Origin: Opitutia bacterium
GTDB taxonomy: Bacteria; Verrucomicrobiota; Verrucomicrobiia; Opitutales; T3Sed10-336
Direction of reading: 5' to 3'
Length of the DNA: 64,000 nucleotides
NCBI GenBank assembly: GCA_050506795.1
Contig: JBJHCF010000021.1
Location: 1 to 64,000 of the forward strand
In this document: one piece after another, positions 55,043 to 64,000 of the stretch
Numbering within the stretch: the first letter of the stretch is position 1
Layout: every line of letters begins with the position of its first letter
Notes under the pieces: generated by a model
Seen by the model: the letters and a program-made list of their open reading frames with translations, nothing else
Told to the model about the DNA's origin: nothing
The model's database searches: none
Translations under genes and position numbers: made by a program

Positions 55043-56899
55043 ATGAAAACCTATTGGATTCCAATTGTCCTTTCTGCAGCGGTCCTCGTTGTGGCGGGAG
55101 TACGTGCGGCCGATGAGTCGTCGCCTGCCCTCGCGGCCACGGAGAACGCCGATCGCTATGCCGCGATAATTGAAGCGGTCGCAGAAAATCCCGAGATGGC
55201 GGTTGAAATCACCGCGGAGCTTACCCGGAATTTTCCGGAGTCGGCCCCTTCCATCGTCGCCAGTGTTATCGAAGGATTGCCCGAATGGGATGACTCCACG
55301 CTTGAGGCCGTCGTGGCTGCGGCTATCGGATCGGCGCCGGATCGTCAGGCGGAGATTGAAGCGGCTGTAGCCGGACTTCGTGAGCCTTCAGCCGAGACTA
55401 TTGAGCCGCCGTCGATCGAGATCATGGAGACTACGGAGCCGGTTGAGGCCGGGGTTGCCGGGAATGTTGAAGATCCTGATTCCGTGAGAACGGCGGATGA
55501 ATCATCGGGCGGGGATTACGAAGCCAATGAATCGGAGGACTTGGTAGCGGAAAGCGAAGGAGACGGTGATCCTTCGGAATATGATCCCGAGATATTGGGG
55601 GATGAGGACGTTCGGATTGACCTGAGCGAGATTGAAAGACCCGAACGTCTCCTTCGTGAGATTGCGGTAATGGAGTCACTTCTAGGAACCTTTCCCGAAC
55701 GAGTTCCGGCGACGGTGCGGCGCTCTGTATGGAGAGTTTCGGACGAGGAGTGGTTCTGGAGCGTGATTCTGGTTATGACCGCGATTGAAAATGCGCCGGA
55801 GCAGGAAGACGCAATCGTGTCTGCCGCGATCTCCGCGGCGCCGCATCATGAGGAAGTGATCCTCAGCTATGTTACCGAAGTTCCCGCGGTGGATCCCGAG
55901 GAGGCAGAAGAAACCTTCCTGGTGGACGATACCGAACTTCCCGCCGCTTTGCTCAGGGAAATCCAGTTGGTGCAATCTTTGCTCAGCACATTCCCGGATA
56001 ACGCTCCCGAAGCGGTTCGCCGATCGGTTGGAAGGGTGTCCGACGAGGAGGCGTACTGGAGCGTTGCGATTATCTGGGCTGCGCTGGCGGAGGTTCCGGA
56101 GCAGGAATCGCGGATTATTGAAACCGCCATTGCCGCCGCGCCTCATCACGAGGGTGAAATACGATTGCTGCTGAAGACGGATGAGTTGCCTGATCAGGTA
56201 ATCGTGGCGGAACACGAGGAAGAGGAAGGAGCGGTGGAAGCCGTAGCGCCATTTACCGTCGGCAATGCTGTCGAGTCGATTGAGCTGATCGATAATCGTT
56301 TGGCAGTGAGATTCGAGGTTTATCCGACCGAGCCTTCACGTGTGCGGCTTGCGGTTCAAAGTCTTGAGTTGAGCATTCGGCCGGAGCGCTATTTCGATCC
56401 TTATCAAGGGCGATATCTGGAGCGAGATATGGCCACAATAACGGGAGACGGTATCGTAGGCCTGGGTTTCCGTGTCTATCCGGCCGATACCGATCAAATT
56501 GACGGGTTGGCTGCAGTGATGCAGGCATTCTCACGCATGGTTTCCGGAGCGGGAGACTTCGCCGCATCGGTGGCGGCGAGAAGTGATACCGGATTGCTCC
56601 TGCGCCAGGTCCGAACGGACATTGGAGACGTCTATTTTTATCCATCGAAGCGGAAGTTCCCCGCCCAATTTACGGGTGACTTCGAGGATCGCACCTATGC
56701 TTTGCGGCTGGGAGGCGCGGTTTCGTTGACCCGGGAGACGGTCCCGGCGATCCGGCACCTTCTCGAGAATCTGCATCGGTACCAGGACGAGTATCGCTCC
56801 AGGCTCGAGGCACGTGAGCGGCAAATGGAAGAATTTCACGAATTTACCCAAAACCCGAATCGCCAATCCGCGATTGAAGAAGACAAGGAAGAATCATGA
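55043..56899 (+). CDS. Acidic exported hypothetical protein with an internal ~70-aa duplication
   Basis: Signal peptide; repeats at 55649-55861 and 55949-56161. Confidence 0.75.
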   Translation: MKTYWIPIVLSAAVLVVAGVRAADESSPALAATENADRYAAIIEAVAENPEMAVEITAELTRNFPESAPSIVASVIEGLPEWDDSTLEAVVAAAIGSAPDRQAEIEAAVAGLREPSAETIEPPSIEIMETTEPVEAGVAGNVEDPDSVRTADESSGGDYEANESEDLVAESEGDGDPSEYDPEILGDEDVRIDLSEIERPERLLREIAVMESLLGTFPERVPATVRRSVWRVSDEEWFWSVILVMTAIENAPEQEDAIVSAAISAAPHHEEVILSYVTEVPAVDPEEAEETFLVDDTELPAALLREIQLVQSLLSTFPDNAPEAVRRSVGRVSDEEAYWSVAIIWAALAEVPEQESRIIETAIAAAPHHEGEIRLLLKTDELPDQVIVAEHEEEEGAVEAVAPFTVGNAVESIELIDNRLAVRFEVYPTEPSRVRLAVQSLELSIRPERYFDPYQGRYLERDMATITGDGIVGLGFRVYPADTDQIDGLAAVMQAFSRMVSGAGDFAASVAARSDTGLLLRQVRTDIGDVYFYPSKRKFPAQFTGDFEDRTYALRLGGAVSLTRETVPAIRHLLENLHRYQDEYRSRLEARERQMEEFHEFTQNPNRQSAIEEDKEES

Positions 56900-59800
56900 C
56901 GACAGCAAAAACTCCATCGGGATTCGCCCGACGCTTTCTTAACGCACGGTGGTTGCCGCTGGCTGTTTTGGCGGCGGCTTTGGTGCCGGCATTTTCGAAC
57001 GCACAGTCGAACAATCATCCTCCGGGAATGCGGATGATCGTCGAGTCGCCGGATGCGAATTCCGACGTGGCGTTCGATCCTTCCTTCGGCACTTCGGTAC
57101 CGATAACCGCCCGGCTGATTGGACCCGAACCGTTTGAGGCCGATGAGGTCCGGTTTAAGATCAACCAGTGGACTTTTGTAGGCGCAGACCTGGATCTGGA
57201 GAACCGAATCACCATGAACTGGTTTCCTCCCGCCCCCGGCAGATACGAGGTGGTGGCCGAAATCGACGCGGAAGACTACACGGTTTCGTCCGAACCGCTG
57301 GTGTTTTTCGTCACCGGCGCAGAGATGCATATTCCTTATTCAGGAGCGAGGATTCCCGGCGGGTCCACGGTGGCGGTGCGAGGCGAGGCTTACTCGCCGC
57401 TCGGCGTACCCATAAGTCGGGTCGAATACTATGCAAACGGTGAATCCATAGGGGAAAGCGGACACTACCCTTACACCGTTTTCTGGACCGTACCCGAGGC
57501 GGCGAACATTCAGAATGTGGATTTGACCGCCGAAGTTCACTTTTCCGATGGAACTGACTCCCCATCGACAATTCGGTCGGTTCAGGTCGTTCCGCGTGCG
57601 GGGCAACTGCCGACGGTCGCGGTTGTAGATCCGGCCGATGGCGATACGGTGTCCGTTCCCGAATCGGGTGGTGCTGTGACTATCAAGGCCGAAGCTGCAG
57701 CCCAGGGGGAGGGGACCCTGGAAAACGTGGAATTCTTTGTCAACGGCCGTTCGGTCGGTATCGTTCACGGGCTTCCATTACAAGTTTTCTGGACCCCCAG
57801 ATTCGAGGGCACGTACACCTTGCATGCACTGGCTACCGATGACAAAGGCAACGCGACTTTATCCACGCCGGTTACCGCCACGGTGAGCGGCGACCTGCCG
57901 CCGGCCCCTCCACCGGGAGTGGATTTTACGACCAGCGTTTCCGGGTGGCGGGGTGAGATCAGTCCGCTGGGTGGCCCGGGAAGCGAAGTCTTCTCGTTTA
58001 CGGTGAATGTGGAGAGTTCGGGTGCTCCTTACCCCAGCACGTCCGCCCAGAATAATGCATCCGTTTATCTGATACCGGCGAGCGGGCAAGGGAACGGAGA
58101 CGGGGACGAGCGTTTTCTGGTCGGAAGATTCAATTTCAGCGTCCCCGCGGGCGCTCCCAATGCCAAGACAACCGCGTCCAACCCTTTCAGTTCACGAATC
58201 AATGCCGCCCGAAACGCGGAAGCGATTTACGGTGCGGGGCTGACCGCCCAGGAGCGGGATGCCAACCGGCCCCCGCCGGGACACTACTACCTCGAGGTCC
58301 GGGTCGATGGGGGGGCGCAGCCCCTGGGAGCGGTTTTCGTTTCCGAAGAACCCGCAGTCGAGGTCACGGCATTACCAAACCTGGCTTTTCAGAACGGACA
58401 AAACGGCGAGGAACGCGGTCTGGTTTATGCCAGCGGAAATTATCGACCGGGCGAATATGTCCGGGATCTGGCGGTTTCATTCAAAAACATAGGAAACGCA
58501 CCGATTAGTGAGGATTACTATATCGAAGTACGTTTGTCTTCGGACACCGTATACGGCAACAGCGACGATTTCCTGCTGACCCGAATTCCCGGTGTCGCCC
58601 TGGATGTCGACGGTCCCCTCGCCGGTTCGGGGCGGGTGACGATCGATTTGCCTGAGGTGAAGATCCCCGGCAATTTCCCGGCCGGCGCTTATTTTGTCGC
58701 CGTCAAGCTGGATTCAATGGATCAGCAGGAAGAATTGAATGTCGCGAACAATGTCCTGGTGGATACCGTGACACCTCAGATCATGATTGATTCGGAGGAT
58801 TTCCCGTTCACTCGGCGAATGAGCCAGAGCGCCAACGGAGCGGAAGGTAATGCTATGAGCGACCATCCGGCGGTGAGTGCCGACGGGCGTTATGTGGCGT
58901 TCAACTCAGACTCGAGCAACCTGGTGTCGGGCGACAACAATGGAGTAACTGACGTGTTCGTACGTGACACTGTAACCGGAGCGGTGGTGCGGGTGAGTGT
59001 CGACTCGGACGGCGAGGAATCGGACGGTCCCAGTTACACTCCGGCTATCAGCGCCGACGGCCGTTTTGTGGTTTTTGTCTCCGACGCCACCAACCTGGTC
59101 GACCAACTGCTGAACGGTCGCAGTGCGGTTTACCTGCATGACCGCGACGCCAACAACACGGGAGTGTTCGACGAGGACGGCGGCGTTTCCACGTTGCTGG
59201 TCAGTGTCAATGATTTCAGCGTCCAGGCCAACCGGGGCGCGTTCAATCCCGCCATCAGCGGTGACGGACGGTTCGTCGCCTTTGAGTCCCGGGCAACCAA
59301 TCTCGCGACGGTGCCGTCGGCGGGCTTTAGCCAGGTTTTTGTCCACGACACCCACACGGGAAAGACGGTGCTTGCGAGTAAGGACGAGGATGGAATCGCC
59401 GGCAATGCCGACAGCTATTCGCCGTCTTTGAGCGCTTACGGGCGGTATGTCGCGTTCAGTTCTTCGGCGGGTAACCTGACAAGCGGTTTGGACAACGGCG
59501 TCTCCCATATCTACGTGCACGACCGCGACGCCAATGGCAATGGGGTGTGGGATGAAGCCGACGGCATCGCCACCGTTCGCGTGAGTGTGGACGGCTCGAA
59601 CCTGCCGGCGGACGCGGGCAGCTTCACCCCTTCGATCAGTGCGGACGGTCGCTTTATCGCCTTTGCGTCGAGCGCCACGAATCTGCCGATAGGCGGGGTT
59701 CCCGGAATCGACAACGGTGTCAGCGACATCTACGTGCATGATCGTCAATCCGGCGAGACATTCGGGGTCAGCGTGCCCGACGCGAATGTGGTTTCCGGCG

Positions 59801-62800
59801 ACACGGAACCGATGTATCCGGAAGACAAAACCGGTGTGGATGGCCGGTCGCTGGGTAGTCTGCAACCCTCCATCAGCGGGGACGGACGGCTCATCGCGTT
59901 CCGTTCCACGGCGCACAACCTGGTGGACCACGACCGGAATGATTCCTCGGATGTTTTCGTACACGATCGCACTACGGGTGAAACGTTGCTGGTCAGTGTG
60001 AACCGCTTCGGAGAACAGACCGGACAGAACTTCGTGAACCTTGATGGCTCGAATTCGAGCCGCGGCGCCTCCATCAGCGGAGACGGACGGTTCATCGCCT
60101 TCGCTTCGGAGGCGAACAACCTGGTCCACGGCGCCACCAACCTGATGTTTCTTTCGGAGAATAACAAACGTGACGTCTTTGTGCATGACCGGCGCAGCGA
60201 AGGGGCTTTGGCTGATTTGGAAATCACGGCCCTGACCTATCCGGCAGGGATTCACCCGGGAGGTACGTCGGTGGAGGTTGCCGTAGATTTAATCAATGCT
60301 GGAGAAGCTGCCGTACCCAGCGGAACTCCGATCGAGGTGCAATTGTATCTGTCACCCGACCGCGTTTCCGGCAACGGCAACGATATCCCGTTGGATGCTC
60401 CTTCGTCCGACTTCGTGTACGACGAAGGTCTCCTCTCCGGTGAATCGGTTGTCCTTTCGGGGTTTGTGACTGTTCCGGTGGATGTGCCTCTGGGACGTTT
60501 CTATCTCTATGCCCGGGTGGGACGCATGATCGGCTCCGATTCCGACACGTTGGTTGCAGAGAGCAATTACCGTAACAACCATCGGTTTGGGTCCGCCCGG
60601 AATTTCTCCACCAACAACCTTCCGGATTTTACATTCACCGGTGATCAGCCCTTGGAATTTGAGCCAGGGACGTATGCTCCGGGAAGCACGCTTCCGATCA
60701 CCGTTACCATCGTCAACGAAGGCGCGCCGAACTTCAGCGAAGTCGATATTGTCTTTTATCTGTCACCGGACGGTGATCCAGCGAATGGGGATAATATCGA
60801 GTTTTCTCAGGTCCTGACGACGTCGGGTATTGGCTCAACGCCGAAAACGGTAAGTGGAAATCTGGTCTTCCCCGAAGGCGCGATTTCCGGCGAAAATTAC
60901 TGGATTAGTGCCGTGATCAATCCTGATGAGGATCCTCAGGAAAGTGACACCGACAACAATTTCGCGGTGCGTTCCGGTATCAAGGTGCTCGATGCGCCCG
61001 ACTTGACGTTGACCAATTTGGCCTTTGATTCCTTCGCCACCTATGCGCCGGAGGATACCCTTCAGGTCGTGGTGTCCGGTGACAACCTGAATGAGAGCGT
61101 TCCGGGGGAAGCATTCCAGGTGGAAGTCGTTTTTGTCGATGGAGCCGGCAATGAGTTTCGTCAACCGAACTCCTCGTTGACCGTATCGCCGGGTCAGATT
61201 CCCTTCGAATTGACGTTTAACATCAGCCTGGCGAATCTTCCGCTTGGCGATTACCGTGTGCGCGCAATCGTCGATCCGGATAATGCGATCGAAGAAACGA
61301 ACACGAACAACAATCAAATCGAATCCGCGGCGGCCAACCTGAGAGTGTTTTCGCCTGAGCCGATTGTCAGCCTGGTTTCTCCTGTCGATGGGTTAACCGT
61401 CAGCTCTGTTTCCTCGGTACTAATGACCGCGATCGTCGACAGCAACAAAGCGATCGATCGGGTTGAGTTCCGGGTGGACGGCAGTGTGATCGAGGTCGAT
61501 AGGAGCGCACCGTATTCGGTCAGGTATCGTCCTTCCACTCTTGGAACCAAGAGCCTGACAGCGGTGGCGATCGATTCCAGCGGTGTGGCCGGGGAATCCC
61601 AATCGATCCAGGTGCAGGTGGTGGCCCCCGCAACCGCGGCCCCGGTGGTCGAATTGACGCGTCCCCTGGCCGGGTCGGAGGTTTTGGCGGGTGCGTCGGT
61701 TCGCATGGAAGCTTCGGCCAGTCCGGCGAGCGGCAGTGCGATCGAGGAGGTGACCTTTTACGTGAATGGGTTTCCTGTGGGCGGAACCGCTCAGGCCCCG
61801 TATCAGCTCGATCAAATATTCCAACACGCGGGCACGGTTGAACTGCGGGTGGGTGCCCGGGACAACTCGGGCAACCAGGTGGTTTCGGCGGCGATAATGA
61901 TCACCGTTCGCGAACCTGATCCGGCAGCTTTTGACAGTGATTTCTTGAATCACATTTATTCGTTCCTTTTGGGACGCTTCCCAAATGCACAAGAGCGCGA
62001 AGATGCCCTGGATGCTCTGGCGAGCGGTCAAGCAACCCGGGCGGGACTGGTCCTTCAAGTAATGGAGGAGCCGCGTTTTCGTGCCCTGGTCATGGTTTGG
62101 TCGGGATACGAAGTGGCTCTCGGACGCTTCCCGGACACTGATTCTGAGGTGGAGGCGGCCTGGAGTCGATTGCGGCAACAAGCCGGTCTGGAATTCGGGC
62201 TACGGGATTTGATGTCGAATCTTTTGAGCTCGGATGAGTTCGTGGATCGTTTCGGGCAGAATTTCCACCTGATGCCGGCGCGCGATTTTGTGCGCCAGCT
62301 CTACGCCAACATTGGACAGGTGGCGACGTCTTCGCAGATCTCAAGTGGAGAAAAGGCGATTGACCGGATGATGTCACGGGCCGCCTATGCGGCGGATTTT
62401 GTGCAGTCTCTGCCGGCACTGCGGGCCGCGATGCACGAAAGCGCCGCTCTGGTCTATGCGTTGCGAGGAGAATTCGCAACCCGTGCGGAGGCGGGTTCCC
62501 TGGCTTCGTTCAGTCGGGAAGGGCGGGTGACCTTCCTGCTGGAAGAGGAGGGTCTGGCCTCGCCGGCGTCCTATCTGGGGGCGACCCTTGGCTCCGGCGG
62601 TACCAAGGTTTCGCCCTGGCTGGATGAGTTCAGTGATTCGCACTACGATCATGTATCGGACTCCGGTTGGATCCGCCACAGTGAGCATGGCTGGTGGTAC
62701 CGTCCGGCGGGTGCTCGCTCCTGGGTTTGGGATCACATCATGCAGGATTGGTTGTGGACCAATGCGGAGGTGTATCCATTTGTTTATAGCAATAACAATG

Positions 62801-62892
62801 GGAATTGGTATTACTACAATCGTGGCGGAAGTCCCGACAAGCGGGCGTTCTATGATTACCAGGTCAACGCCTGGATCAGCATTGAAAAATAG
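56896..62892 (+). CDS. 1998-aa secreted multidomain protein: Ig-like, CARDB-like, TolB/PD40-like propeller, DUF4214-like and Trp-rich C-terminal domain
   Basis: VEFFVNG Ig modules; about 7 PxxSxxGRxVxF repeats; D..NAIEETNTNNN CARDB ends; IYSFLLGR/FVRQLY; GWIRHSEHGWWY..WLWTNAEVYPFVY. Confidence 0.88.
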   Translation: MTTAKTPSGFARRFLNARWLPLAVLAAALVPAFSNAQSNNHPPGMRMIVESPDANSDVAFDPSFGTSVPITARLIGPEPFEADEVRFKINQWTFVGADLDLENRITMNWFPPAPGRYEVVAEIDAEDYTVSSEPLVFFVTGAEMHIPYSGARIPGGSTVAVRGEAYSPLGVPISRVEYYANGESIGESGHYPYTVFWTVPEAANIQNVDLTAEVHFSDGTDSPSTIRSVQVVPRAGQLPTVAVVDPADGDTVSVPESGGAVTIKAEAAAQGEGTLENVEFFVNGRSVGIVHGLPLQVFWTPRFEGTYTLHALATDDKGNATLSTPVTATVSGDLPPAPPPGVDFTTSVSGWRGEISPLGGPGSEVFSFTVNVESSGAPYPSTSAQNNASVYLIPASGQGNGDGDERFLVGRFNFSVPAGAPNAKTTASNPFSSRINAARNAEAIYGAGLTAQERDANRPPPGHYYLEVRVDGGAQPLGAVFVSEEPAVEVTALPNLAFQNGQNGEERGLVYASGNYRPGEYVRDLAVSFKNIGNAPISEDYYIEVRLSSDTVYGNSDDFLLTRIPGVALDVDGPLAGSGRVTIDLPEVKIPGNFPAGAYFVAVKLDSMDQQEELNVANNVLVDTVTPQIMIDSEDFPFTRRMSQSANGAEGNAMSDHPAVSADGRYVAFNSDSSNLVSGDNNGVTDVFVRDTVTGAVVRVSVDSDGEESDGPSYTPAISADGRFVVFVSDATNLVDQLLNGRSAVYLHDRDANNTGVFDEDGGVSTLLVSVNDFSVQANRGAFNPAISGDGRFVAFESRATNLATVPSAGFSQVFVHDTHTGKTVLASKDEDGIAGNADSYSPSLSAYGRYVAFSSSAGNLTSGLDNGVSHIYVHDRDANGNGVWDEADGIATVRVSVDGSNLPADAGSFTPSISADGRFIAFASSATNLPIGGVPGIDNGVSDIYVHDRQSGETFGVSVPDANVVSGDTEPMYPEDKTGVDGRSLGSLQPSISGDGRLIAFRSTAHNLVDHDRNDSSDVFVHDRTTGETLLVSVNRFGEQTGQNFVNLDGSNSSRGASISGDGRFIAFASEANNLVHGATNLMFLSENNKRDVFVHDRRSEGALADLEITALTYPAGIHPGGTSVEVAVDLINAGEAAVPSGTPIEVQLYLSPDRVSGNGNDIPLDAPSSDFVYDEGLLSGESVVLSGFVTVPVDVPLGRFYLYARVGRMIGSDSDTLVAESNYRNNHRFGSARNFSTNNLPDFTFTGDQPLEFEPGTYAPGSTLPITVTIVNEGAPNFSEVDIVFYLSPDGDPANGDNIEFSQVLTTSGIGSTPKTVSGNLVFPEGAISGENYWISAVINPDEDPQESDTDNNFAVRSGIKVLDAPDLTLTNLAFDSFATYAPEDTLQVVVSGDNLNESVPGEAFQVEVVFVDGAGNEFRQPNSSLTVSPGQIPFELTFNISLANLPLGDYRVRAIVDPDNAIEETNTNNNQIESAAANLRVFSPEPIVSLVSPVDGLTVSSVSSVLMTAIVDSNKAIDRVEFRVDGSVIEVDRSAPYSVRYRPSTLGTKSLTAVAIDSSGVAGESQSIQVQVVAPATAAPVVELTRPLAGSEVLAGASVRMEASASPASGSAIEEVTFYVNGFPVGGTAQAPYQLDQIFQHAGTVELRVGARDNSGNQVVSAAIMITVREPDPAAFDSDFLNHIYSFLLGRFPNAQEREDALDALASGQATRAGLVLQVMEEPRFRALVMVWSGYEVALGRFPDTDSEVEAAWSRLRQQAGLEFGLRDLMSNLLSSDEFVDRFGQNFHLMPARDFVRQLYANIGQVATSSQISSGEKAIDRMMSRAAYAADFVQSLPALRAAMHESAALVYALRGEFATRAEAGSLASFSREGRVTFLLEEEGLASPASYLGATLGSGGTKVSPWLDEFSDSHYDHVSDSGWIRHSEHGWWYRPAGARSWVWDHIMQDWLWTNAEVYPFVYSNNNGNWYYYNRGGSPDKRAFYDYQVNAWISIEK

Positions 62893-62922
62893 AGCTGAAT
62901 TGCCTGAGGCAAAAGGAGGGAC

Positions 62923-63126
62923 ATGAGTATGAACAAAAAACGAAATGATTTTGGGTTATTCTTGCTGGTAGGCGCGTGCGTTTTGGCGGTGGCGTTGTTG
63001 ACCGGTTGTTCCAGTGGGGACAACGGAAACAGTCGCGGCAACGGAGATAGCGCCGAGTCTCCGCCGGAGGGGCCGGGGGATCCTCCCGAGGGTGGTCCAG
63101 GTTCCGAGCCGCCGCCCGCGCCGTAA
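62923..63126 (+). CDS. Small Pro/Gly-rich lipoprotein
   Basis: AGGAGG RBS; LLTGC lipobox; disordered tail. Confidence 0.65.
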   Translation: MSMNKKRNDFGLFLLVGACVLAVALLTGCSSGDNGNSRGNGDSAESPPEGPGDPPEGGPGSEPPPAP

Positions 63127-63224
63127 GGTTGAGCCGTTAGGGCTCGATCGTGTTCGGCGCCGGAAGGTCGCTCATCGGCGGGTATACTTTGGTTGGGTGT
63201 TCATAATAAAGGGAGTGACCGCGC

Positions 63225-63998
63225 TTATCGCCGGCTTGGCCGGTCGATAAGCGCGGTTTTTATTTTCGGCGATCCATCTTCGCTTTCGGTGCTCCAGAGG
63301 ATCAGCGCAGAACCGTCGGCGGTAACCAGTCGAGGATGGGTGGAGCGAACGCCATCGGGTGAGACGCGTACGGCGTCACTCCAGGAACCGGTGTCGGGTG
63401 AATAGGTGGATTGGAAAACGGACTGTGTGCCGTTTTCCAATCGATCCCAAACCGCAATAACGGCGCCTGAACTGAACGCGGCAAGATCCGTATTGCGACC
63501 GGCGGGCAGTCTCCGGGAGAGTTCCCAATAACGTCCTCCATCGGTACTCTGAAAAATATAGGCATCGGTGTGGTCCGGATGTCCGCTCCATACGCTGGCC
63601 AGAATGACCGGTGACGAGTCCCCGGGTTGGAGGACCAGGCTACCGCCCACATGGGGGCAACCTTCGAATTGCCAATCGAAGGCGCCCACGTGACCGTTCT
63701 TGATCCAGGTCTGTCCCTGGTCGTGCGACGTGGCCAAAGCCATATCGCTGGGGTTGTGGTCGCGGTAAAGCGCGACCACGGCGCCGTCGGGCGCAATCGC
63801 CAATTCATTCCAACAGCAGGCACAGATGGTGGGATCGACTGTCAAGGGATCCGACCACCGCATGGTGTCGAAATTAAGACGGGAATAGCGGAGGCTGCGT
63901 TCGTCACCGAGCGCGTGTATCCAGATTGCGTGCAGACATTCGTCATCGGCCGTTATGGCGGGAAAGCGAAAACCGGCTTCGGATTCCGCCGGCGAAGC
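63225..63998 (-). CDS. BNR/sialidase-like beta-propeller protein, 5' end beyond the window
   Basis: Asp-boxes SHDQGQTW and STDGGRYW; CACC and GCPHVG; frame stays open to the window edge. Confidence 0.8.
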   Translation of the reverse strand, partial: ASPAESEAGFRFPAITADDECLHAIWIHALGDERSLRYSRLNFDTMRWSDPLTVDPTICACCWNELAIAPDGAVVALYRDHNPSDMALATSHDQGQTWIKNGHVGAFDWQFEGCPHVGGSLVLQPGDSSPVILASVWSGHPDHTDAYIFQSTDGGRYWELSRRLPAGRNTDLAAFSSGAVIAVWDRLENGTQSVFQSTYSPDTGSWSDAVRVSPDGVRSTHPRLVTADGSALILWSTESEDGSPKIKTALIDRPSRR

Positions 63999-64000
63999 GG

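Noticed and set aside
58850..60200. DNA repeats in the giant gene as a mobile element or array
   Set aside because: Explained by in-frame beta-propeller protein repeats.
1..64000. tRNA, rRNA or riboswitch
   Set aside because: None recognised by eye; tRNAscan-SE/Infernal would be needed to exclude them.

Overview
GC-rich bacterial chromosomal segment. PEP-CTERM proteins, conserved C-terminal beta-sandwich tails and a Trp-rich C-terminal domain point to Verrucomicrobiota (Opitutales-like); this assignment is inference. About 50 CDS are supported. The first part holds a GH78 rhamnosidase, a double-DTG aspartic protease, vapBC, a TrmH-family methylase, glpK and a Cus-type metal efflux operon interrupted by a four-helix-bundle gene. 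The middle holds an S8 protease/PEP-CTERM array, a Gld-like ABC system, menCE, a RAYT (Y1 HUH) transposase upstream of pdxJ-acpS, nnr, a rodZ-like gene, ftsK and manA. The last part holds a 31-aa bS22/COX24-like gene missing from the ORF track and a PilMNO-like + secretin operon ending in a 1998-aa secreted protein. I saw no rRNA, tRNA, CRISPR array or reverse transcriptase. Main leads: (1) a four-helix-bundle cassette enclosed by mirror-nested 7-mer/8-mer inverted tandem repeats, one arm translated into the CusA N-terminus; (2) an S8 protease followed by [PEP-CTERM]-[orphan C-terminal tail]-[PEP-CTERM], resembling a polymorphic cassette array; (3) a secretin operon with no pilins or ATPase but a giant putative cargo; (4) a RAYT with AT-rich palindromes bracketing pdxJ-acpS, plus a four-copy covarying REPIN-like family. 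All family assignments come from motif recognition by eye; no searches were run.
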